A stretch of DNA of 64,000 bases, taken from assembly GCA_040266055.1 (NCBI GenBank), contig JBDQFC010000010.1, positions 1,486 to 65,485 of the forward strand, given 5' to 3'. Positions 18,519 to 25,736 of this stretch are shown here, in pieces. Both the position numbers and the translations under genes were made by a program. How positions within the stretch are numbered: the first letter of the stretch is position 1; every line of letters begins with the position of its first letter. Below the pieces are notes generated by a model. It did not search any database. It saw only the letters and a program-made list of their open reading frames with translations, and was not told the origin of the DNA. This stretch comes from Candidatus Nanopelagicales bacterium (GTDB lineage Bacteria; Actinomycetota; Actinomycetes; S36-B12).

Positions 18519-20876
18519 TCACACGCCTACGGGCTGCTTCTCCGCATTCGGATCGACGTCGTCGGCGACTTCGTCCTCACCAGGCTCGATGGTGACGGTC
18601 GGCAGGATCTTCTCAAGCCAGCCCGGAAGCCACCAGTTCGCCTTGCCGAAGATCGTCATCAGGCTCGGTACCAGCACCAAGCGAACGACGAACGCATCGA
18701 TGAGTACGGCCGAGGCCAACGCGACGCCGAAGAGTTTGATGATGGCGTCTGTACTCGGGACAAAGGCCAAGAACACACTCGACATGATCAAAGCCGCGAT
18801 GACCACGACGCGTCCCGAGCCTGCCAGTCCGCGGCGAATACTCGTGAGGTTGTCGCCCGTACGGTTCCATTCCTCTTGCATGCGCGAGACGAGAAAGACT
18901 TGGTAGTCCATAGACAGGCCGAACAAGATCGCGAAGACCATGATCGGCACGAATGGGAAGATTGGACCTGTCGAGGCGACACCGATTAGGTCGGCGAACC
19001 ACCCCCACTGGAACACAGCAACCGCGATGCCCATCGCTGCGGCCAAGCTCAGGAGCGACGTCAAAGCGCCGGTCAGTGGAACGACGATCGAGTGAAACAA
19101 GATCACCAGAGCAATAAAGCCCAGGCCGACAACAACCGCCAAGAAGATGGGCAAAGCATCGGTGAGAACCGTGGTGAAGTCCTGCGTAATGGCTTGCGTA
19201 CCACCCACGTACAGCTGAGCGCCTGTGGCCTCCTCCAGTGCCGGATTCACCTGATCGCGCAGCGTGGAGAGCAACTCGCCGGTCGCTTGGTCCTGCGGCG
19301 CGCTGTCCGGGTAGACGGCAATGGCCTGAACCGTGGACCCTTGCTCAGCGGCGCCGGCTTGCGCTTGAGCGGCAGCAAGCTTGCCGAGGATCGGCAGCGT
19401 CTCCACCGAAGGCGAGGTACCGGCAACCCCCGGTGCGTTCGCCAAACCAGCCACGATCGTTCCGTAGGCCTGCGGGTCGGAAACTCCCTCGAGGTCTGCT
19501 ACGACCAGGAACGGACCGTTGGATCCGGGGCCAAAGCCTTCGGCACGAAGGTCATAGGCAATGCGAGCAGTTGCACCTTCAGCCTTGCCGGAATCATCGG
19601 CGAAGCCTTGACGCAAGCTCAGCGCGGGAATCGCCAGGATCAGCACGAAAGCCAACGACACCAGGCCGGTAAGCCACGGGAACTTTTGCAAACCGCGGCC
19701 GTAGTGCGCCCACGCGCGGCCCTCGGCCTGACCCGTACCGGGCTTCTTGCCCCACGGCAGCCGAAGCGCAAGCGCCTTGGTTCCCATCAAACTCAGCAGG
19801 GCGGGCAGGAACCACACGGCCGAGAGCATCACCATGATCACGGTCATCGCCGCACCAATGGACAGACCGGTAAAGAAGTTGATACCCAGCACCAAGAGGC
19901 CGAGCAGACCGATGATGACGGCGGAACCAGCAAAGACGACTGCGCGTCCAGCCGTCTCCACGGCTTCCATCGCCGCCCTCTTGGGCTCGTGACCTAGGAG
20001 CAGGGCCTGTCGATAGCGGTTGATGACGAACAGCGCGTAGTCGATGCCGACGCCGAGGCCGATCATGGCTGCGAGGGTTGGGGCGAACGTGGCGACGTCA
20101 AGGAAGTTCGCCACGAACGTGATGAAGAGCAAGCCGCCACCGAGGCCGACGATTGCCGTGATGATTGGAAGGCCTGCCGCCACGATGGACCCGAAAGCAA
20201 TAAGCAGGATGATGATTGCCACAAGGAGACCGATTGCCTCACTGCTCGGTGGCTCTTGGCCGGCAAACTCGAGTAACTGGCCTTGGACTCCAATGGCAAG
20301 TGTGTCGCTCTGCGCGCCCTTGACGGTCTCCAGGATCGCCACGGCTTCAGCCGCATCCACAGTGGCCGCGCCATCGGCATTGACGGTGAAGGAGATCGTG
20401 GCGTAGGCGACGGTTCCATCGGGGCTCACGGGCGAGAACGACGCCGCGAGGGTCTGCAACTCCTCCGGGCTCAGGACCTGACCAGCGACGGCCGGATCGA
20501 TTGCACTGCCGGAGCCGCACTCACGGCCGACGCCTTGGCCTGTGGGATCGAAGGGATTGGAAACGCAGGTGACCGTGTCCTTGGCAGCGATCTCTTGCAA
20601 CACCGGCAGCACCTCGGCCGCAGTTGCTTGATCCACTGCAGAGCCAGTGCTCGGAGACCAGACGATGGTGGCGCCGCCGTCGACACCGCTGGTGTCTGTG
20701 CCGCTAGAGCTCAGCAGATCGGTAGCCACCTTGGACTCAGTGTCCGGCAGGTCAAAGGAGTCGTTGTATTGGCCGGCGAAGCCGATTCCAAGGCCCGCAA
20801 TAGCCGCGAGGGCCACGAACCAAGCGATCAGGGCAACAACCGGACGGCGAACCGCCCACGCGGACAAACCAGGCAT
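18519..20876 (-). CDS. MMPL-family (RND superfamily) membrane transporter
   Basis: 785 aa with two blocks of about 6 TM helices, each preceded by a soluble loop. MMPL-type motifs are present around GIDYALFV and GLSMDYQVFL. Confidence 0.9.
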   Translation of the reverse strand: MPGLSAWAVRRPVVALIAWFVALAAIAGLGIGFAGQYNDSFDLPDTESKVATDLLSSSGTDTSGVDGGATIVWSPSTGSAVDQATAAEVLPVLQEIAAKDTVTCVSNPFDPTGQGVGRECGSGSAIDPAVAGQVLSPEELQTLAASFSPVSPDGTVAYATISFTVNADGAATVDAAEAVAILETVKGAQSDTLAIGVQGQLLEFAGQEPPSSEAIGLLVAIIILLIAFGSIVAAGLPIITAIVGLGGGLLFITFVANFLDVATFAPTLAAMIGLGVGIDYALFVINRYRQALLLGHEPKRAAMEAVETAGRAVVFAGSAVIIGLLGLLVLGINFFTGLSIGAAMTVIMVMLSAVWFLPALLSLMGTKALALRLPWGKKPGTGQAEGRAWAHYGRGLQKFPWLTGLVSLAFVLILAIPALSLRQGFADDSGKAEGATARIAYDLRAEGFGPGSNGPFLVVADLEGVSDPQAYGTIVAGLANAPGVAGTSPSVETLPILGKLAAAQAQAGAAEQGSTVQAIAVYPDSAPQDQATGELLSTLRDQVNPALEEATGAQLYVGGTQAITQDFTTVLTDALPIFLAVVVGLGFIALVILFHSIVVPLTGALTSLLSLAAAMGIAVAVFQWGWFADLIGVASTGPIFPFVPIMVFAILFGLSMDYQVFLVSRMQEEWNRTGDNLTSIRRGLAGSGRVVVIAALIMSSVFLAFVPSTDAIIKLFGVALASAVLIDAFVVRLVLVPSLMTIFGKANWWLPGWLEKILPTVTIEPGEDEVADDVDPNAEKQPVGV

Positions 20877-20911
20877 GAGACTCCTTCAAAGATGACGCAA
20901 AGAACCTAACA

Positions 20912-20961
20912 GTGAACGATCGTGTTCACAAATCCAGAATTCAAGGAACATGACCGTTCAC
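20912..20961. promoter_or_regulatory. Paired palindromic operator in the mmpL-tetR divergent region
   Basis: GTGAACGATCGTGTTCAC (20912-20929) and GGAACATGACCGTTCAC (20945-20961). Both have the form GAAC-N6-GTTC. They are 14/18 identical when one is reverse-complemented, and their centres are 32 bp apart. The second abuts the tetR GTG start. Confidence 0.55.
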
Positions 20962-20962
20962 T

Positions 20963-21580
20963 GTGACGTACTGTTTGTCTGTGACCGCAGACGCATCGAC
21001 CTCGCGCCGAACCGGTGAGGAGCTCGTCCTCGCCGTACACACGGCCGCGCTCGAGGAGATCGCAGAACACGGTCTACGCGGTGCATCTATGGACCGCATC
21101 GCCAAGCGGGCTGGGACCGGCAAGGCCGCGCTCTATCGACGCTGGGACAACGTTCGAGCCCTGGGACTGGACGTGTTCGTCTCAACCCTCGCTGAAGCGG
21201 TCCCACACTCCTATCCGGATACGGGATCTTTGCGAAGCGATCTGATCGGATCGATGAAGTCGTTCATCGACGTTCTGCGTGGTCCACTGCGGGTCGTGTT
21301 GCGCGAGCTCATCAGCGAGTCCGCCCACGATCCAAGCCTCGTCGCCGAGTTTCGCCAACGCATGGGACAGCCCATGGATGCTGAGCTGGTGACAGTCCTG
21401 CAACGCGCCATGGCCCGCGGTGAAATTCCCACCAAGCAGATCGATCCGCTGATCTTCGAACTTCCCAGTGCACTGGTCCTACACCGATTCTTGATGCTCG
21501 GTGAAGTCGTCGACGATCAGACCTGCGTCCATCTCGTCGATAACGTCCTGCTTCCGCTGCTCCAACAACGCGGCCACTGA
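20963..21580 (+). CDS. TetR/AcrR-family transcriptional regulator
   Basis: N-terminal HTH AALEEIAEHGLRGASMDRIAKRAGTGKAALYRRW. 205 aa. Divergent from the MMPL gene. Confidence 0.88.
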   Translation: MTYCLSVTADASTSRRTGEELVLAVHTAALEEIAEHGLRGASMDRIAKRAGTGKAALYRRWDNVRALGLDVFVSTLAEAVPHSYPDTGSLRSDLIGSMKSFIDVLRGPLRVVLRELISESAHDPSLVAEFRQRMGQPMDAELVTVLQRAMARGEIPTKQIDPLIFELPSALVLHRFLMLGEVVDDQTCVHLVDNVLLPLLQQRGH

Positions 21581-22078
21581 ATCTTTCGCCACCTGAAAGC
21601 ACACGGATGGTGGGTAGCCCTTGCGCGCTAGTTGTCCGGCCAGCCGATTGATCGCCTTTGCGGGATTCTCCCCGGCCCTAAGGCGGGCCTTACGTCCAGC
21701 GAACTCCCGAGCGCGCGCCTCTTCGCGCTCGGCATCGATTTGATCAAGTGCTTGGCCGATCAGTTGATCCTCGACTCCACGCTCTCTGAGCTCTTGACGC
21801 AACACCGATCGAGCAAGTCCCCTGGCTCGGTGGCGTGACTCGACCCACATCTGAGCAAACTCGGCATCATCGATGAGACCGACTTCTTCGAATCGATCCA
21901 GTACCGCTTGTGATGCAGCGGGGTCAGCTCCCCGACGAGCCAAGTCTTTCTCCAGCTCCGAACGTGTCCGTGGAGCACTGGACAAACGCCGAAGGAGAAT
22001 GGTCCGGACCGCAGATTCGGTGTCAGCCGTCTCCTCGACAGGGCGATCCGTCGGGGGCTCAGGCCGGCGGGGCGACAT
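21479..22078 (-). CDS. recX: RecA regulator RecX
   Basis: Repeated RecX helical motifs ([14 protein letters not shown]..., [23 protein letters not shown]). Immediately downstream of recA. Start re-chosen at MSPRRPEPP (22078). Confidence 0.9.
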   Translation of the reverse strand: MSPRRPEPPTDRPVEETADTESAVRTILLRRLSSAPRTRSELEKDLARRGADPAASQAVLDRFEEVGLIDDAEFAQMWVESRHRARGLARSVLRQELRERGVEDQLIGQALDQIDAEREEARAREFAGRKARLRAGENPAKAINRLAGQLARKGYPPSVCFQVAKDSVAALLEQRKQDVIDEMDAGLIVDDFTEHQESV

Positions 22079-23180
22079 CCGCGAAGTCCTCGGCTGAGTC
22101 CGCGACTGAGTCTTCGTCCACAGCCGGTTGATCCGCCTGCGCGCCGATTCCCATGGACTCCTTGATGCGCTTTTCGAGTTCATTGGCCAAGTCAGGATTG
22201 TCCTTCAAGAACAGCCGCGCGTTCTCTTTTCCTTGTCCGAGCTGGTCGCCTTCGTAGGTGTACCAGGCACCCGACTTGTTGACGATGCCCGCCTCGACAC
22301 CAAGGTCGATCAGCGAACCCTCGCGGGAGATGCCCTCGCCGTAGAGAATGTCGAACTCTGCCAGCTTGAACGGTGGGGCGACTTTGTTCTTCACGACCTT
22401 CACGCGCGTACGGTTGCCGACAGCCTCCGTACCGCCCTTGAGGGTCTCAATACGGCGAACATCGAGTCGCACCGAGGAGTAGAACTTCAACGCCTTGCCG
22501 CCAGTGGTTGTTTCAGGCGAACCGAACATCACACCGATCTTCTCGCGCAACTGGTTAATGAAGATCGCGGAGGTGTGGGTGCTACTCAACGCACCGGCCA
22601 TCTTGCGAAGTGCTTGGCTCATCAGTCGAGCCTGCAGACCAACGTGGGAATCACCCATTTCGCCCTCGATCTCCGCTCGGGGCACAAGGGCGGCTACCGA
22701 GTCGATGACGATTAGATCGATCGCACCCGAGCGAACGAGCGTGTCCGCAATCTCGAGTGCTTGCTCGCCGGTATCGGGTTGGGAAACGTACAGATTGTCG
22801 AGATCGACACCCAGGGCCTGCGCGTACTCCGGATCAAGCGCGTGCTCGGCATCAACGAATGCCGCAAGGCCGCCGCTTGCTTGGACGCTGGCGATCGCGT
22901 GCAAAGCGACCGTGGTCTTGCCTGAACTCTCTGGGCCGTAGACCTCAATAATGCGCCCGCGGGGCAAACCCCCGATTCCCAGCGCGACATCCAGCGCGAT
23001 GGAGCCGGTCGGAATCACCTCGATAGGTGCCCGGCCTTCCTGGCCGAGGCGCATGACCGAACCCTTGCCAAACTGCCGCTCGATCTGCGATAGCGCGGTC
23101 TCGAGCGCTTTCTCGCGATCGTCGGCGGCGCTGATGGAAGTCAACGGGGTGCTGGACTTGGCGCTGTTCTTGGCGGCCAT
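22059..23180 (-). CDS. recA: Recombinase RecA (no intein)
   Basis: Walker [10 protein letters not shown] and canonical RecA sequence throughout ([14 protein letters not shown], etc.). 373 aa. Confidence 0.98.
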   Translation of the reverse strand: MAAKNSAKSSTPLTSISAADDREKALETALSQIERQFGKGSVMRLGQEGRAPIEVIPTGSIALDVALGIGGLPRGRIIEVYGPESSGKTTVALHAIASVQASGGLAAFVDAEHALDPEYAQALGVDLDNLYVSQPDTGEQALEIADTLVRSGAIDLIVIDSVAALVPRAEIEGEMGDSHVGLQARLMSQALRKMAGALSSTHTSAIFINQLREKIGVMFGSPETTTGGKALKFYSSVRLDVRRIETLKGGTEAVGNRTRVKVVKNKVAPPFKLAEFDILYGEGISREGSLIDLGVEAGIVNKSGAWYTYEGDQLGQGKENARLFLKDNPDLANELEKRIKESMGIGAQADQPAVDEDSVADSAEDFADVAPPA

Positions 23181-23240
23181 CTAGGTCTCCTCGCGGTTGT
23201 GCTGATCATGGAATCCGGCCTCGTGGCCGAACTCGTGTGG

Positions 23241-23263
23241 ACGCTAGGCCCACCCTGTGACAA
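23241..23263 (-). promoter_or_regulatory. RecA-NDp (PafBC-type) promoter motif upstream of recA
   Basis: The minus strand reads TTGTCA-CAG-GGTGGGCC-TAGCGT. This fits the published tTGTCRgtg-N8-TAnnnT motif in spacing and in the TTGTCR and TAnnnT parts. It ends about 61 nt upstream of the recA start. Confidence 0.5.
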
Positions 23264-23371
23264 CGACCCGTGGCTGATCCAGCCCCAACCTCGCCCTGGG
23301 GATGGATTTCCACTTTCCTCGACGCCTGTGGAGGCCCCGATTCGTCTAGATCCTTGCCAACAACCGGGAAA

Positions 23372-24676
23372 CTACATCGAACGGGTGTTCGAACGACGCC
23401 GACACGCCGGCAGGCTCGTCCAGACCGCTAGTCCGATGACGGGGATAGCCGCGACCGCGGTGAGCACGGCGTAACTCGAAAGCCACACGATCAGCCCAGC
23501 CACCACACCCCCAAGCGCGCCGGCCACGTTCATAGTCAAGTCCGACAGGCCCTGAACCGAGGGACGCTCGCGAGGCTCCACCTCATCGGTCACCAAGGTC
23601 GAACCGGCGATCAGGGTGCATGACCAACCAAGGCCGAGCAGGAAAAGACCGATACCCAAGGTCACGACGTCGTCCGCTGCAGACAGTCCGCTGATGACGC
23701 ACGCCGCAAGCAAGATTGCGACACCGGCGAAGATCACCTGGATCCGACCGAACCGGTCAACCGCCATACCCACGAGCGGTGAGAAGGCATACATCCCTGC
23801 GACGTGCACGCTGATTACCAGACCGATGAGTTGAAGTCGGACATCCACATGAGCCATGTGCACCGGAGTCATGACCATGACCATGACCATGGCCACGTGC
23901 CCTACGGCTACCGCACCGATCCCCAGGACGGCTCGGGGACGAGACTTCAGGTGCTCGATTCCGTCACGCAGACGAGGGTGGGCGACCCCGGGACCATCGG
24001 CGCCGCGAATCCGCAGTGATTCCCGGTACGGATCGGGGCGGAGCCCAGCGAAAAGAACAACAACTGTGAGGAGAGTGACCGCAGCCGCCACCAGGTACGG
24101 GCCGGTGAGTTGCGGCAATCCCAACGACAGCGCCCAGCGACCGCTGACGTCGAGCAAGTTCGGGCCCGCGACGGCGCCGATCGTCGCCCCCCACACGACA
24201 ATGGACAGACTCCGCGCGCGGTGCCGCGGGGTCGCCAAGTCCGTGGCTGCGTACCGCGCCTGCAGCCCTGCGGCTGATGCGACGCCCACGAGCAGGCAGC
24301 CCGCGTAGACACCGAACAGCGAGCGCTGCACGGTGCTGATGATCACCACAACCGCACCGATGGAACCAAGCAGATAACCCAGGGACAGCGCGGCTCGTCG
24401 GCCACGTGTGAGTGCGACGCGAGCGAGCGGCAATGCGAGAAGTGCTGCACCGACGACTCCGAACGTTTGAGCCAGACCGGCGGCCGCCTCGCTGCCACTG
24501 ATCGATGCAGCGATCAACGCACCCGCAGGAAGGGATCCGGCAACCGCGACGCCACCAAGAACCTGACTACCCGCCAGCGTCCCGACGCTTCGGCGTTGGA
24601 GCGCATGGACCGCGGGTGAATCCAACGGATCTGCTGCTGGCTCTACGACATTAGGGATCTCCCCGGTTGCGCTCAC
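23372..24676 (-). CDS. MFS transporter (12-TM type)
   Basis: 434 aa and highly hydrophobic, with 12 predicted helices and an MFS-like loop motif. Its GTG start overlaps the stop of the upstream sulfotransferase (GTGA). Confidence 0.85.
   Translation of the reverse strand: MSATGEIPNVVEPAADPLDSPAVHALQRRSVGTLAGSQVLGGVAVAGSLPAGALIAASISGSEAAAGLAQTFGVVGAALLALPLARVALTRGRRAALSLGYLLGSIGAVVVIISTVQRSLFGVYAGCLLVGVASAAGLQARYAATDLATPRHRARSLSIVVWGATIGAVAGPNLLDVSGRWALSLGLPQLTGPYLVAAAVTLLTVVVLFAGLRPDPYRESLRIRGADGPGVAHPRLRDGIEHLKSRPRAVLGIGAVAVGHVAMVMVMVMTPVHMAHVDVRLQLIGLVISVHVAGMYAFSPLVGMAVDRFGRIQVIFAGVAILLAACVISGLSAADDVVTLGIGLFLLGLGWSCTLIAGSTLVTDEVEPRERPSVQGLSDLTMNVAGALGGVVAGLIVWLSSYAVLTAVAAIPVIGLAVWTSLPACRRRSNTRSM
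23377..23392. promoter_or_regulatory. LexA (SOS) box upstream of recA
   Basis: Perfect TCGAAC-GGGT-GTTCGA, about 197 nt upstream of the recA start. It overlaps the last codons of the MFS gene. Confidence 0.8.
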
Positions 24677-25407
24677 TGGGCTGGGCTCACCGTGCCGTCA
24701 CTGGACTTTCCATGACTCAATTGTTCTTCCAACGACGACGCCACCACCGCCTGATCCACCGGATAGCCGATCGCCTCCAGTGCCGACACGACAACAGTGG
24801 AATCCACCGACCACACGTCGTGATCAATGAGCACCGCACGACCCGGACCCAAGATCTCGGTCACCGTGGCGGTGGCTGTACGCAGGTTCTCCGTGGATCG
24901 CTCGAGTGCGTCAATAGCGTCCGGATGGTCCTTCCACCACCCGCTGCCAGCAGCCGCATGAGGATCACGGACGTTGACGATGTAGCGAATCCCCGGCAGC
25001 AGTGTGTTCAAAAAGAGGAGATGGTCGGTCAGCAGATCCGCGTCGGCGAAGTGACCGATCTCGTATCGGACTTCCTTGAATCCCGACCATCGCGTGTCCG
25101 CTTTTGGTCGCAGGATGTACTCGATTACGTGGCGTCGTTGGTCAGCGAGGACCGCGCTGGCATCGAGCCGCGCCGTGCCGAACCATGGGTGGTGCGGCTT
25201 GCCGGCGTGGTGACGATCGGCCGCCGCGGCAATCGAGTCGACGTAGGCCTGAATGCCGCGCAGAGCCCCGTAATTCTCGCCCCGGATAAGCGTGTGTGGG
25301 TGTGCGTTAAGCGCTGCCTGCAATGCCGTCGACCCCGACCGACCGAAAGTCACGATCGTGACGAACTCCAGCGCTTTCGAAGAATCTAAGGACGACACGG
25401 ACTGCAC
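24673..25407 (-). CDS. Sulfotransferase-family protein (Stf0-like)
   Basis: PAPS 5'-phosphosulfate loop TFGRSGSTAL near the N-terminus and a 3'-phosphate-type segment IVNVRDPHAAAGS. 244 aa. The antisense ORF 24667..25389 has junk-like composition. Confidence 0.7.
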   Translation of the reverse strand: MQSVSSLDSSKALEFVTIVTFGRSGSTALQAALNAHPHTLIRGENYGALRGIQAYVDSIAAAADRHHAGKPHHPWFGTARLDASAVLADQRRHVIEYILRPKADTRWSGFKEVRYEIGHFADADLLTDHLLFLNTLLPGIRYIVNVRDPHAAAGSGWWKDHPDAIDALERSTENLRTATATVTEILGPGRAVLIDHDVWSVDSTVVVSALEAIGYPVDQAVVASSLEEQLSHGKSSDGTVSPAQ

Positions 25408-25467
25408 CAGAGCACCCTACGGCTCAGGCGACGTTGCTCGCTGTTCTGGCGCAGGAAGCTCGCCGTT

Positions 25468-25659
25468 CTACCGCAAAAAAGAGGGAACATCGATGACGTC
25501 GCACACCGCCCGCCAAACCACCACCGTGTCCTCACCGCGTGCGAAGCAGTCCTGCACTGTGTCTCCGAGGGCAGGAAGGACAACGTCGCTGGCCCAGCTT
25601 GCGGCATAAGCCTCACCGAGCACCGCATTCAGCCGTTCCCAGAAGTCGCTGCGCCGCAC
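25468..25659 (-). CDS. DUF3046-family small protein
   Basis: RRSDFWERLNAVLGEAYAASWASDVVLPALGDTV...VWRAVCDVIDVP matches the about 65-aa actinobacterial DUF3046 pattern normally found next to recA. The GTG start at 25659 is preceded by GGAGGA. Confidence 0.8.
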   Translation of the reverse strand: MRRSDFWERLNAVLGEAYAASWASDVVLPALGDTVQDCFARGEDTVVVWRAVCDVIDVPSFLR

Positions 25660-25736
25660 GGCAGATATCCTCCGCGAATGCGGCCTGCACTGCCGCACCA
25701 CCCCACTGGAGGCCAGCAATTCGAGGAGCGTGTGCG

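Noticed and set aside
24667-25389. 240-aa plus-strand ORF covering the same DNA as the sulfotransferase gene
   Set aside because: The minus-strand product has PAPS-binding motifs and normal composition and is start/stop-coupled to the MFS gene. The plus-strand product is R/H/C-rich without motifs.
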